A DNA stretch of 64,000 bases from the human T2T-CHM13v2.0 reference genome, Homo sapiens (GCF_009914755.1 NC_060925.1); one strand, 5' to 3'; shown: positions 1 through 17,118, counted from the first letter of the stretch. The notes: generated from the sequence alone by a model not told the origin. Program-made: numbers and translations.

Positions 1-45
1 TCCCAAAGTGCTGGGATTACAGGCGTGAGCCACCGCGCCCGGCCT
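1..45 (-). mobile_element. Alu 5' end (truncated by window edge)
   Basis: TCCCAAAGTGCTGGGATTACAGGCGTGAGCCACCGCGCCCGGCC. Confidence 0.9.
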
Positions 46-3000
46 GATCTTTTTTATAGATGATGAAACTACGCCTCAGAGAGGTTTACAGATTGATGAA
101 GGTATCAGCTTGTAGGTGGAAGAATCAGATCCTTCTGATTCAAAGCTCTTGCTTTATTCCCCATGCTACCTCTGTTAAGAGAATGCAGCTAATCTGTCAT
201 TAAATAAGTGAGAATTTATGATATTAAGACAAACATCATAACATTAAAAAACAAATAAAAAGAAAATAAATTAGAATTTTAAATTATTATATTCTTCAGA
301 CAAAGCACCTTTATCACTAAATGATTTTGCTTTCATAATTCCAGCTAAAGCCATGCTCAGTCATTCCCAACCTAGGGTGACCAACACCTAAGGGTTTATT
401 AAGGTAATAATATGGGTTTGCAACCTATTCTCAGGATTTCCACAAGCCTAAAAGAAATGAGAATTACATAGGGCAAGATGGCCCAAGCCAAATAAAAATT
501 GCTTTTTTCTTTTTTATAATAATTATAGTGGGTCATCTCATTGTGGTACATTTGGCTTTCTCATAGGAAGACATTATTTGTTGTTTTTCCTGCATAAAAG
601 TAATCTTTATCGAAACACTACATTCATAGCAGTTCAAAAAAATTATACAAGGGCCCATTAGTTATAAAAAGGTTGTTAAACACTACTATATCCCAAATCT
701 TAAATTTTGGCCAGTACAAGTGTAAATTTTCATTTCTCCATCTCTTTGCAGCTTAGCTCCTAATAACCCAGGTTGTCCCCTGTAGTCCTGAGAGGTACAG
801 GGAAGTAACATAGCAGGAAACATTGTAGGTGATGACCAAGGGAGGATGGCAAAAAATGTAGTGTTAGTAGAGGAACCAGCCAGAGAGTGAATTCAGGTAA
901 AAGAAGAGGAAAGCCACTTCTCTTCAGGTCAATTCCATAAAAGGAAGAGCTGACAGGTGAAATGAAAGTGACAGACTCAAAGTTACCTTGTTATTTATGA
1001 GGAACAGAACAGATCACCTAGAATTTGGGGGAGGATGTCTCTCAGAGAAATTGGCAGAAGACTTTGTAGACGATGTGGGTCAAAATGAATCAGACTTTCA
1101 AAATGGAGTGCTGTGGCCATCCTTCCTTCTACCTCCCCTGCTAGAAATCGGCTATTGATTTCCAGACTAACTAATTTAAAGGCTCTTCAGTTGTAACAAA
1201 ACAAAGATAGTGTTTCAAAGACACCCTTTAGTCAGATTTCTGAAGGACAGTTTTGGGCCCTGCCATCAAAGCAAATAAACCCCACTATAGTCATGGTCGC
1301 TGGGGGAGGAGTAATGACAATTTAAAAAGTACTGAACATATGATGTGTGCCAGGCTCTGTGCCCAAATGCTTCAAGTGCCATGTCTCATCTTATGCTTAA
1401 AAGCTATTGTTTCCCCCTTTTTACAAAGAAAGGTTCTGAGAAGCAGGGAATTGAAACTTTCCTGAAGTCACATGCTTATAAGTAGTTCCTCCTCCTTAGC
1501 AACCATTCTCAGTCCCTGTGTCACATTGTCCCATGGAGGGTGGTTGGAGATGAGCAAAATCACAAATTGTGGGTGTCATCAAAGAAGGCAGAAGGGAACT
1601 TGTACTTATCTAGTGCTTCCAATGTGCTAACAACCTACACAAATCATCTCATTTAACTTCCACAATTCCTTGGGGGAGGCATTATTCTCAAGGTACAGAT
1701 GAGGATATTGAAGCTCAGAGAGATCAATGATTGGCCAACAAAGTAAACGAGGTAAGATGCAAACCAAGGCATTGTAAATCCTCACATTCAGGGATGCTGC
1801 TTCCGTAGCAAGTTGCTTCAGATTCATTTTCAAAAAATTATTTGCCCATATAAAGTATCAATATATGTGACCAAATTTCAGTTCATCTGGAAATACCTGG
1901 ATATTTTAGTTGCTTGGAAACTGAATATAAGGCAATTTTGTGACATGGTAACTAAAACTATCAATGTGGTACTGGTTTATGCTCTCAGATATAAAAGTTC
2001 CTTTGTGTTTTGCATCAAACCGATAATGTTTGGAATACTGTGCTTATATGACAGACTTATATCTCAAAGTACATATTTTTCACTGCATTCTCCAAATTCA
2101 GAGGCAAGGACCATTTTCTCTGAGTTATGCTCTGAAAACCCTCTTCATTTGGTTTAATGCGAGGGGGAAGCAGGGAAGCATTCCCTCCCATGCATGGCAG
2201 GTAGGTGTAGGAACAGGGAGAACTCAAAACATTTATAGCTCACCCCAATGAAATCCATACCACCAACTTCTTCCTTCTTGCAATGAACTGCTTGCCTTCT
2301 TTCTTACACCCTGGAAATTGGTAATATGCTAATGCTTATTCTGCATATGTGTCTGGTACTTCTCTCTGGGATGTGTCAGGTACTTCTATGTAGGGTCACT
2401 CAGGCTGCACACCGCATGCACAACTACAGAGTATACTGTTTACATGGACCATGATGGGAATGATGCCCCCCATGGTTGATTGTGCAATTCAGCAGACCTA
2501 CTGGCACATATTACTTTCTCTGTCTGTGCAAGCTCTCCTGAAATTAAATAGAAAAAAGCATGTTTAGTTTACTGCTAGGTATGACATTCAACGTTCCAAA
2601 ACAAAAGAACTTCCTTTTAAAACACAATATAAAATATAAATTTATTAAAATGATGATCACTCTAGAAACTATTCCATAGGAGAAAGCATTGAAATAACTG
2701 GTGATGTCTAAAGTAAACATGATTGGGACCATGGAAAGTAGCAATGTCATAAAATATTAGAAAGGATTCTATGCAGAAGAGGGAAGAGACTGAGAAGATC
2801 TATGGGAGATAATTAGGAGAAGGTATGAGATGAGTTTTGGCTCAGGAAAAGACACAACTTTCCAGAACCAAACAACAAATATAAATCTTGTCACAAAAAC
2901 CCTATGAGAAAGGGCATAGTTTAATACTTTAGACCCATTTTATAGGGGACAAGTCCAAAAATGGATAATATTTATAATAGAGAAACACTTTATCTCTAGA

Positions 3001-4899
3001 AGTGATCAAGAAGAGGAATCAAATACTCTATAGGATATCCTTCCATGGAGTATTATTGAACTTAATGAATTATAAGGCATCTTCTAGGAAACTAACTCTG
3101 TGTTTATATGATGGTATCAAAACCTACTAACCTTGACCAGTCCTGGAAGAAGGAACTCCCATTACCTTCCTCCTGGAAGGAGGTTGAGGCTTTATAGAAG
3201 GTGCTTGATCCAGCCCTTATGTGTATGCATTTCAAAGTTTCTGTCAGGTCTCATGTAGCTAAGCAAGCACAGCCACAGAAATTCTATGTTTTATTAAAGG
3301 GCTGGTTTTATTTTTTATTCCTGGAAGACCTAAGAATCACAATTTGAGAGAGGAGTGAGAGTAGAAATAAAGAACCTAATACTGCTCTGTATATTAATAA
3401 GTTCTGCCAAATCCACTGTGAGAGAGGTGTCTGATCTGAAAAGTTTTTCTTCTTCCTTATGGTCTTAAACCAGGAATCGAAAACCAAAGGAGGAAGAAAA
3501 ATATTAAGACACTGGGGAATGGCAGGCAGTCCTATAGCACGGTCTGCCTAATAGTTGGCTGCTTCTGAACTCAGAAGCTATGTCACCTTCTAGAAATGCC
3601 TTCTAGGGTTGCCACAGATTCTGATTTTTCCAAAGACACTGAAAAGCTAGATAGATTGAGTGAATTTTTAAAAATGTTTTAGAACATTATGGAAGCCAAA
3701 TAAATAATATTTATGGTTAGAATTCTGCCCACTGGCTTCCAGTTTATGACAACAGAGTAGGAATATAGGCTTCCTACTCAGGAAAGGAAGGCCTGACCTT
3801 CAGAAAACAGCGAGTGGGAAGCCCATGCACACATATATGTCTCCATATGAACCAGCAGGTATCTATCAGGCAAATGAAGACAAAGAAAAGTAGGAACAAC
3901 TACACTGGTGGGAAGATCTGAAGAAGGCTCAATTAGAGTGACTCCTCCCACATGAGATTGCTTTGCAGGACTTGAAGGGCCAGAGGCCCCTCTTCACTGT
4001 CTTGCTGAAGCTCCTGGGTATTTCTCTCTGGAAGAAATAGCTCAGACTTGGGAAGGCCACTGGATCCTCTGGCAACATCAGCCCCTGTAGGTGGGGAGTG
4101 GATTTTTCCCAAAGGGTAAATGACCCTCAAGGCCTAGTTTGAAGAGAAAGTCATTCTTAGGAAGGAGCAGGGACCTAAGGAAGTATAGCAAGATTAGAAA
4201 GTGGGGATGACCACCAGAAGACACCCGTGAAAGCTTTAATTCTTTGCATGAATTTTTTTACTCAGATTGGGGAAAAAGTCATGTTTACTACACCATTTCA
4301 AGTGTCTTTCCCTGACAAAGACAACCCTCAGTACATAGCACATTTGCCATCAGCCCTGTTTTTAGATGTAATCTTCAACAGCTTGTTCATATGGATTTTA
4401 ATTTTAATATGTTTGGTTACACAACCAAGCACTAGAAGCACCAAAAAAGTGACAGGCACAGGATAATCCTCTTTCACTGTGTGGGTAATGTGTTTAAAAA
4501 GAACAAAGGGGAAAAGAATTGAGTTTGAGATATGTTTAGATTTTAAAGGTGATGGATATAATATCTCTATATATCTTTCTTTCTCCTTGTTATCATGTGC
4601 ATTTCTTTAAATTATAGACAAGTCTCAGAGACACAGTCTTTAGGATTTTTCTAGAGTGAGAAAAAATGTGGTAAGGAACATCAGGGTTTATACATTGATT
4701 TTTTATGGACTTAGCTAATGCTCGACTCACTCAGCTATTCAAAGAAATCCATCAACACAAAGAGACAGCTACATGACGATATGGCCAGCAAGTCAGGACA
4801 GATGGCGTCTAGCCTGAGCTGCCTCTGCACACAAATGGGTGTCAAACAAAGTCATCAACAGGCCCTACACCATCCGGCTTCTCCTATGCAAGATGGTCA

Positions 4900-5560
4900 A
4901 TAATGCAACAAATATTGTGAACACCTGGGTGGGAATGTGCTGCTTCTCCTCCCCAGAGCTCTTTGGACTTAGCAGATCACTGGCCTCTACTAATGTCTTT
5001 GGGTCACAGCACCCCTGTAATGGAGTGCTAATGACTATGAACTGGAGGGTCATACATCTGAGGATATATATCTAGTTGTCAATCATTTCTCAAATTTGGC
5101 ACCACTGCACAGGCTGACAATTAGTCTGAATAAAACTAAGGTGATGTTTTTAGTTGCCCCAGGCAAATCAGGCAAGCAACCAAAAATTACCATCAATGGC
5201 ATGGAGTTAAAAGCCATATCCAATTCCTGCTGCCTATGTAGTCTGCTATCTAATGACAGGTCCTCTGCTTTGCTTTTCTGTGGTTCTTTGAGCAACCACC
5301 AGTAGTGGAGCTCATTATTGGAACAAAGAGTAACAACTCGTATTAATAAATCCACCTTATTTGGGGGAGCTTGACAGACAGGATTTGTGGTGATAAGGCA
5401 TCTGATTTCAGATAAAGACCAAAGTGCAAGACTGCCCCGCTGTCCAGGCTTCTTTGTAGATATGAAATTTGGTTCATTATCATTACCTCCCTGAATAACA
5501 TTAATTCCACTCAGTGCAAAACATCAAATGGCAGCACTGGTAACATTGTCAAGAAATAGA
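4900..5560 (+). mobile_element. Ancient RTE-clade LINE reverse-transcriptase fossil (L4/MamRTE-like)
   Basis: ORF 5096..5305 LTISLNKTKVMF...PKITINGMELKAISNSCCLCSLLS resembles the non-LTR RT segment GLxISxxKTKVM..I.ING..L..V..F.YLGS. Confidence 0.55.
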
Positions 5561-7769
5561 ACTACTAATCAGCAATTGACATAATATTCGACCTGCCTTC
5601 TTAGTAACTGGAAATAGTTCCAGTTCAACAGTCATGGAAATAATGAAGTTTTGCAGAACTGCACAAGAAAATCTATGGATATTATAATCTATTGCATAGA
5701 TTGCTAATGTCCTAACAGTATTTGTGTGATAATGATTCAAACCTCTGCAAATATTTTAGGATGAACAGTTTAATTTCTGGCACTATTTGGGTTCTTTTAA
5801 CAGCAAATATCTGAAGCATAATTTATCTAAAATCAAAGGTGAATAAAAGGAGAGAAAGTTAGCATGGAATTAAGCACATTCACTGCTGTAAGATTCACTT
5901 TCTGTACCTTAAACTGAACAAAATCTTAGAGTTTCCTTTCTCTCTTTCACTTTTTTTTTGCTTCTTTTTTTTTTACCCAGCCCATGTGATGTTCACTAGA
6001 ATAACACTATTGACTCGAATGCACCCAAAAGTATATACATATAAGATGATATGTTTTGCCTCTCCAAGTCTGATTATTTCTGGAATGGAAATTACAAATC
6101 ACTAAACAATTTACACTTGTGTGCATATAATGAAATTAATAACCTTAGAAATATAGATTGCTGTATTGCTTGGTATATGGCTTAATCTTAATTTATTAAG
6201 AAAAATTCATTGAGAGATCATCTGGGGTAAGGCTATTCCTATTGTCTCAAAGTGTCATCTTCCAAAACTAGTTTTAACCTGCAATAGAAGAAACCTTTGA
6301 ATTTTTTTTAAAAAGTCTCTTCTATCCACATAAAAAGGTCTAAAAAGGTACATGTGATCTTGGTCTGATGATAAATTCCTTTACATCTTCAAAAGAAAGT
6401 TTCCACTCAGAATTTGTTGGCAAATATATCCAGAGCTTCTTTAGAAGCACTAATTCTAACTCAACCCTACCACAAGGCCTCTGGAAGCTGAAAATTACTA
6501 GTTCTAGTAAAGCTCACCCCTCATTGAGTTCCTTCAATGTTTAGGCTGGCAGTAATATCTATCATTTACATATTTCAGAGGTATTCATTGGAATATGGTG
6601 ACAGGGCCATGACAGAAAGGAGATGTGAGGAGGAGGGAGCTGTGATTGCAGCTTGTGGACTAGGAAACTTTGGAGAGAATCTTCTCTACTGGAAAATAAT
6701 TGCATGTGATTTTATGTAAAGTATCCAGCACTCCACATCACAGATGTTCAATAAGTGTTGCCTTCATCCTTCTCTAATACTGCTTTATGCAAATATAGCA
6801 TTTTAAAGAACATGAAGCATGTTTACATGATTTATCATATTTGACCCTCACAATACCCTTTGTAAATGGGCTTTATTTTATGTTTGGAATTACAGATGAT
6901 TTGAGATGCCAGGGTCTATATAGTCCTAGGTTACACGACTAGTAATTTTAGAATCCATCACCTGGATCGTCTGATTCCAAGACTTTCTTGTCCCTTTACT
7001 ACCCTCAGCTGCAAGTATTCAGTAATGTGTACCTGACCACTGCGTATCTTATTTAAATAATTTTCTTCACTATATGTTTTCATACTTTTAGAGATGATTT
7101 ATCATCTCCTGGTGTTTCTTTTTCTGTTTGTTTCTTCATTTTCCCTGGTTCTCAGCTTGTAAAACTGTTACATTTCTAATGTTCATGGGTCCATGATTTA
7201 AAGTTTTTTGTCAGTATCTCGAGCTCTTCAAAGCGAAAGAACCCTAAAAACAAGGCACATTTCACTCTGGGCCATGTTTTTCCTTTGAGCTCTCCTGCTA
7301 AAATACCAAACACAATTTGCTTTTCGCTTGTGAGATGGAAAGAAACAGTTGTGTGGCTATAGCTGTCATTTTGCCATTACCATTCTGAGGTGTTGATTTT
7401 GTGCTTCACATTTTTCCTGTGTTTTTAACTTGATGCCCTAGCTTGAATTTTTATTTCACTCTAATCGTTTTTTAAATTTGAAGTCTTCCTTTTACTTTGG
7501 CAATTTCAGTTGGAACACTATGTTTGGAAAAAAAAATGTTCACAGAGAAACTGAAGGTTAAATCAGCTTTATTCTGTAAACAGTGCCTAAATTATCATCT
7601 CCTTCCCATAACAGCCCAATTAATATGTTACAGCAAAGCAGAAAAGCCAAAAATCACGCTGAAAACATGGAGCTATTGCGACACCTGCTGGTAAGAAATA
7701 AAGTGCATTGTGTCAACAACAGCAAAAGCAAATGGAAACAATGGATCGCTTGGATAGATTTTATTCCTA

Positions 7770-8340
7770 CAAATCTATCTTTTGTGAATACCTGGTATGT
7801 TTCAGGTGCTGTGACAGGCACTGGGACTGATAGGGGGAGGTCTGATCCTTACACTCAAGAATCTCACAGACTTCTGGGAAGAAATATCTCTATCTACACA
7901 CCTAAATATAGAGAGATTATTTTTTATAGTCAAGGTTGTCAGGTTGGGTTGGGTACACCTAAGATAACACAGGGCCCACAGAGATGACCTTTCACGAATC
8001 AGGGACAGTGTCACAGAGAAGGGAATGCTGAAATATTGAAGGAGGAGGCTCCAGGGACCCACTGGAGAATGTAAGCATAACAGTGAAGGGATCAGATTTT
8101 CACCTTAGAAAAATCACCCTGACAGCAATATGAAAGAAGGGAGAGAGACTAGTTAGGGTCAGGAAGGTAAACAGGAAGCTGCTGAGAAAGCTCGGGAGAG
8201 GTCAGAGCCTCAGTCAGGGCAGGGAATGTGGAGATGTAGCAAGTAGAAAATTTTCTCAGGAAAGAACATCAGCCAAAATTAAAGCATGTTTTGGGTGTGG
8301 ACTCTGAGAAAGAAGAAGGATTTTGAAAAGATCCTTTATG
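7770..8340 (-). mobile_element. L2 fragment
   Basis: Degenerate L2 3'-end pattern (GTGAATACCTGGTATGTTTCAGGTGCTGTG..AGAAAAATCACCCTGACAGC). Confidence 0.5.
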
Positions 8341-8704
8341 TCTATATGGTTACAAACAAAAGGAGCATTTATTTTTCTTAAAAATAAAAAAAAAGAGAGT
8401 CTGGCCTTTTAGTGTAGATAGCTTTCTTTGTGTGTGGTCTTAGGAAAGAGTTAAAATATTTCACATCTTATGAGCGCATAATTGCTCAGCAAATACAAGC
8501 ACATAATTTTATAAAGTAAATTTGGAGACTTTCAAAAAATATTGATCTCACCTGAAGGCAGTGAATAAGTGCAATTTGGAGACAAGGACTCAGAGACACC
8601 AATTTGTGTCAACAGTGCTTAAGTGCTCCAATGAAAAACACACTCAAGGTCCTTGAGAAATCTGGATGACCGTAATAAATGTTTTTTCAAAGGAAGGTTT
8701 AAAA

Positions 8705-8876
8705 TATTTATTTATTTACTTACTTACTTAGAGACAGAGTCTTGCTCTGTCACCCAGACTGGAGTACAGGGGTGCTATCGTGGCTCTTGGCAGCCTTGAA
8801 CACCTGAGCTCAAGCGATCCTTCTGCTTCAGCCGCCCAAAGTGCTATGATTACAGGCATGAGCCACTGTACCCATC
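8705..8876 (-). mobile_element. Old Alu monomer (FLAM/AluJ-like)
   Basis: GAGACAGAGTCTTGCTCTGTCACCCAG...CAAAGTGCTATGATTACAGGCATGAGCCAC with TTTA tail. Confidence 0.8.
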
Positions 8877-10469
8877 CTAAAATTCTTACACCAATAGCTA
8901 TAGTTATAAATTGAGAAATTAAATATAGTGAAAAATAGGCCATGATTTCCCTCTCTGTCAAAGTAACTCAAAAGAATACATTTTCCCATTGAGAATCAGA
9001 CAAGGGCATGCACTTATATTCATTTATTTAACAAATATTTACTGAGTGTTTGTATGTATGAACTAAGATAAAAGTATTAAAAATAATATAAATCCCTCAG
9101 CTTCCAGGAACAGATAGTCCCATTCATTAAAGTGTATATATTTAAAGTATATATATCACATATATGTATACAATATATACATACTCCTGTGTGTATGTGT
9201 GTGCACATGTGTATGAGTGTGTGTATACATCTGTTTTAACCCATGAAGTGCGAGGAAGTATTCTAGAAATAAACAATGAAAATTTTCTTATGTATTAGAC
9301 ATATTTTACCTGTGACAGCTGAATAGTGAGAACAGAGTATTTAATTATAATACCACTTAGTCAAGTATGTTAAAATATAATTTACAGAAACAAAGAAAAA
9401 AATAAATAAAAATAAAGAAGAAACTTGAATTAACCAAAGTTATAATATAATAATTATAAATATTACATATATATTCACTTGTATGGGTACTATGTACAAA
9501 GACATATATATTTTAAAATCATTTCACTCAATACATTACATGGTTCCACAGGAATAATTATTACAGTGTTCTTTTAAAAAACAAAGTGTGTGTTGAATAT
9601 ATTAAAAAGAGGTACAAAGGAATAAAAATTCAAACATAGAGTGAATTAATGTTGCCAGCTAATGTAATTAGAACTATCACCTGGGAAAACATATCCTACA
9701 ATAAGCAAGGAAGCTGAATTATTTCTATCTACAAAAATATTTGATCAGAAAATAAAAATTATGTTTATTATAAAGTCTATTTTTTAATCATCTGCTTAAA
9801 ATCTGCAACATGTATTTCAGAGGCTAATTTAAATGCCATCTGGTGGCATTTATTCATATTTTGGAATTTTATATCAATCTGAATAAATTTTAAGAATTGA
9901 AAAAATAAAATGATAAAAATAAAATTTCTTATAAGAACCAGATTTGGCTACGTAATATTGATTTCTTCATTGGAATGATTACCACATCCTGATCTACAAA
10001 ATAATGAGCTTCCATGAGGGTCATGTAAATAAGCAGTATTGCCAATGTACAAGTGTCCTATATCAAACCTGCAAGGGGTAATTGTCTATAATTCAGCCTC
10101 CTACAAGTTTGGACGTGCTTTACATGTAGCCAAGTGGATGAAAATATGAGATAAACTAGTTTATCTTGTGATGTTAAAAAATGAAAGAAAACTATTTTAA
10201 GTATATTTGAATTTTTCAATGTAGGTAATCATCATTGGAAAGATGGTTTAAAATTAAACTTTATTTCATATAGCCATACAAATTTCACTATTGGTTTTAC
10301 AGAAATGTTTACTCCGTTTTGAATAAGACCACACAGGTATATCTCCTTAAGAATTACAGATACAATGTGTTATATTACAAGATACATAAACTGTTGAATG
10401 AATGAATTAATGTCATCAGCTTAATGACTGAGTTGGGCTAGATTATGATATTTCTTTCAAACACAAGAT

Positions 10470-11402
<933 letters not shown>

Positions 11403-12901
11403 AATATTTACTTGAAACATTTATGGAAGATTTAGTCAGATGGAAAAGCAAAAGGTTTTTACAACTTGTCAACCACTTACTATGAGGAAAGTACTATTTT
11501 CTATCTTATGTGAGGCAAAAGATCACAGACCCATTCCTGAATAAATGAACAGAACAGTGGGAGTCAAATGTCAATAAATAATTGTAATCCATTAATTCAT
11601 TCAATCTTTATTTATTGAACATTAAGTAGAAGGCGGCTAGATTTTTCAAATCTTTTCTATGTGCCAGGCATCAGGCAAAAACATAATAAGGTTTGTTTAA
11701 TATATCTTTCATAACAATCAAATAAGTAACTATTATCCCTGATTTACAACCAAAAAAACCTGAGGCTTTCCAAGGATATCCTGCTAGAGTCCAAGGTTGC
11801 CACACTACTGAAAAATAAAGACTATACCCTAGTTCTGTCTCATTCTATATTGTTACGGTACTGAAAGGAACACAGAGAAAAGCCACCTGATCATTAGTGA
11901 GGTCAGAAAAGCCTTCTAAGTAAAAGTAACACCTACGGTAAACCTTCAAAAGTAATATACTGAAATTAGGCAAAGAAAGGAGAGAGAGTAAGGCATCCTG
12001 GCCTGAAGAAATAACATCTGTGAATTATTGTGATATTGTAATTTCCATGAAGAGAGAAACACAGGTCTTAGTGCCTTTGTCTTTAATAATAAAGTAGATT
12101 GAAATTTAACTGTCTGAATTTGTTACTAAAATATAAATATACACTCCTCTAGAAACAATGACAGAATGAGTTAATATGTGATATAACTCAATCAGGCAAT
12201 GCAAATAATCAGCATGAAGGAATTACCTATAAGCACAAGATTGACGAACATCTAGTATTCCAGATTTTAACAAAAGAGATATGATTGCCTATAAACAACT
12301 TTTCCCATTTGTAGTATATAATTAAATAACTTATGTGGCAATTAAATTACATGCCAATTAAATAGAATTGCAAGTGCTAACATAACAAGTTAAAACAAGT
12401 GGAAGTTATTACTGAAACACATCAATTGCTTTTTTCTACTAAGTTGAATTGACATTTAAAAAATTAACACTGACCTATGTTATGCACTTTCAGTATTTAG
12501 AATGTGAGTTAGGCTGTTAAAAGTTTTAAAGGTAAAAAATTGAAAAAGGGTAAAAGAAGTAGATTCTTGTTTCACCTAAATAAAATAATAAACAAAAATA
12601 ATTTTTAATAGATTGGTTTTACTTATTTTTTAATTCCTTTTTTTCTCTGAATAATCAAAAATAAGCTTTACTTTGAAGTAAGATGGCAGGTGCCCAGAGC
12701 TAAGCTTTGATTGCACATAAAGCCAGCTTTTTCATACTTGATCCAAATGTCAAATGTCAAATTTCTACTTTACAGTTAATGTACAAACATGTATATATAC
12801 ACCTCTGTGTGTTCTCCTGTGATACAATTTAAATTTCAGATTAAATGTGTATACATACATACGTATGTATATATATACACACACATACATACACAAATAT
12901 A

Positions 12902-13890
<989 letters not shown>

Positions 13891-14668
13891 TATTAATCCT
13901 GAGAGAGAAAATTGTACAGGTAGGAAAACCTGGCCTGTTATAATCTTTCACTCATCAAACTTGAGTGCCTGGGGTATGCTAGGTCTTATCCATCATCTCA
14001 AGTTGCTTAAATTCTAGGGCAAAAAAAGTTAAAATTAAAATGAAAATATTCATTCCTCCTGATAAGCAACTGCACGAGTTTTACCTAGTCCATCTTTTTG
14101 TCTATTGTGAGGTTTATAGCAATTCCCTTTCCATCATGACTGGAGTGACATCTGATGAATAGCTGCTCCCACATTTCACTAACCTTCCAAGGGGAAAGAT
14201 GCCTATCTCATCTTCTAAATACTGCACACAAAGACATACACAGATCATCCTAAAACTAATCAAATGATTAATTTTCAAATTTACTCAGAGAAAAGGTAAT
14301 AAATGGAAATAAATGGCATGAGCAGAACTAGAGGCAGGAGAGTGCTGGGTTTGAAGGGCAAATTGGAGGGGGAGGCAGAACAGCACCTGCTCCTTATGAT
14401 TGGCTACATCTACAATATACGAAGTAGTGAAAAAGCTGGAAGTTGAAGGTAGATTACAAGTTCCATCCAGGGCTAGGTTTCAATGAGTGACTTTTGAAGA
14501 AGGATGGTGATTCAAGATAATTGAGGGTACTTTAGTGACCAACTTAAGCTTGGTGGGATGTGAGAGCTGCTTAGGGCCTTTGGACTGAGATTGGCAATGA
14601 AAGATCAAATGAAGAGAGGGACTGAATGAGGTCAAAGAGCAGGGAAAATTGAAATGAGGGAAAATGAT

Positions 14669-14992
14669 TGATATAGTCTGAATGTTTGCATGCCCCCCAA
14701 ATTTACAGGTACAAGCACCTAGCGCCAAGGTGATGGTACTAGGAGGTGGGGTCTTTGGGAGGTGATTAGGTCATGAGTACCCAGAGAGCTAGCTCTGCCC
14801 TTCCACCATGTGAGGACACAATGAGAAGGCACCATCCATGAACCAGAAAGCACATCCTTGCCAGACACTGAATCTGTCGGACCCTTGATCTCGTATTTCC
14901 CAGCTTCCAGAACTGTTAGGAATAAATCTCTGTTGTTTAGAAGCCACCCAGTCTAAGGGACTTTGTTATAACAGCCCAAATGGACTAAGAAC
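14669..14992 (+). mobile_element. MLT1A-type MaLR solo LTR
   Basis: CTGAATGTTTGCATGCCCCCCAAA...CCTTCCACCATGTGAGGACACA...AAGCCACCCAGTCT..GGACTAAGA. Confidence 0.85.
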
Positions 14993-15002
14993 ATGATTTT
15001 AA

Positions 15003-15318
<316 letters not shown>

Positions 15319-17118
15319 CACAAATGTATTTCAGAGGTTAATTTAAACACCATCTGGAAGCTCTGGAAGCTCTGCCCTAGAACCTGATTTCCTCCCTCTC
15401 TAATGAGTTTAGAAAGGTGTGCAACCTAATTTCTAGTCCTCACCACCTGGGGGTTAACGGGTAGGGCAAATGAGGCCACAGAAATAGTAATAATGCAAAT
15501 TCTATTATTCAGTGACCCCAGTGCCTGGTTCAGGGTATAGAGTTCCCTGAAAAATCTTCTCCAAGTATTTCTGGGGGTCCAGGGCTCTCTAGACCCAGTT
15601 TACTTTTCCTGGTCTTGCAGCTGCTAAGTCTTGCTCCTCTGCTTCTCCAAGTAGCAGCACCTAAGTGCTGCTACTTTTCCACTGTGCATTCAGTCTGGAA
15701 GGGGTTCTTGGCAGAGGGATGAATTAAGAATGACTGCCAGGCTTGGCTAACTAGGTACACAGTGTCTTTATACACTGAGATACGAAATACAGGAAGTAGA
15801 ACAGGTTTGTTATTGGGGATAATTTGATTTGGAACATGTCGATTTTGAGAAGTTTTTAAAACATCTGAGTGATAACCAGTTGTCAGTCTAATATATGGAC
15901 CTTAGGGCCTAGAACAGGCTAGAGATAAAGGCTTGAGGGTCACCAATACCCAGTGATACTGAGGCCTGGTTCAGATGCCAGTCAGAGGGAATGCATAGAG
16001 GAAAAATAAAAAACAGAAAGTAAAGCACAGCAACATTTAAAAAGCAAGTGGAAGAAGTGACGCTTGCAAATAAAGCTGAGAAGGTCCAGAAGTAGCAGGA
16101 GAATGATATTTTGGAAGTCAGGATGGGAAAGACATTGAGATGTTTATATTTTTAGGAAGAAGATGAAGATACAAGATCCAGGGGCTGATTAAGCAAAGTT
16201 CATGCAGAGGCCAGAGCAATGAGATTTAGAGAAACTGTGCTTAGTAAGAAGGAGGGCCATCACTTTCAGTGAAGCAGGAGAATGGGATAAAAGAATGCAA
16301 ATAAATTTTTAAGTGTGAATAGGATTATTTCCTTCATTGTAAAAAAAAAATCCAGATAAATTGCCTACCATTGGGTAGAACAAAACTCTAGAAAGTAGTG
16401 TTCCTCATTTGGTTAGCTAGTAGGCTGACAATAAAGAAGCAAAGAATTCCAGCAATTGAAGAGTTTTTATTTATGTGGAAACACAGTTTGATAGACATAA
16501 AAGGGAACATAATCTGAGAAGCACTTAGAAGCTATAGTGATAGGCCTATAAACAAGACTAAGTGAAACCAGCTAATAAACTCAAAAGCTACTCTAGGATG
16601 AAAGAAACTGCAAGACATGTAAAAACTGAAATTACATGGATAAACTGTGAAACAGAATTACAGTGTTAATTCCTAAGCAAAATAATATTTCACCAAATAA
16701 AACATGGGTACAATTTTGTTAAAATGCATTTGTCACACATACTAAAAGAGCTTTGATTAGAGGTGATGCTTACAATTGGATTTCAAATGTGATGCTACAA
16801 TCAAAATAAACATCCAAAGCAAATCAATAAGCCCAAGTTCATTTTGGGTTTTGTATTAACTATGAGTTAAGTCTGAGAGTTCATTTCTAGAAATGCAAAC
16901 ACAAAGTTTTCCCCAAGAATAGTTCTCATCACCTGAAGGATACTTTATCTTTTGAAAATAAAATGGAATATTTTCAAAGGACAATTTATTATTTCAAAAA
17001 AAATAAAAATAAGTAAATCATTTTGATCCACTTAGTTCAAATTCAGTACAAACACACTATAATTTTTTACTCAGCATGTTTTAAGAATAAATCTTAAGTT
17101 ATTAGCACAAGTAAGAAA

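Noticed and set aside
3933-4130. 65-aa minus-strand ORF with protein-like composition
   Set aside because: Starts at TTG, has no recognisable domain and no convincing exon partners; cannot be supported as coding.
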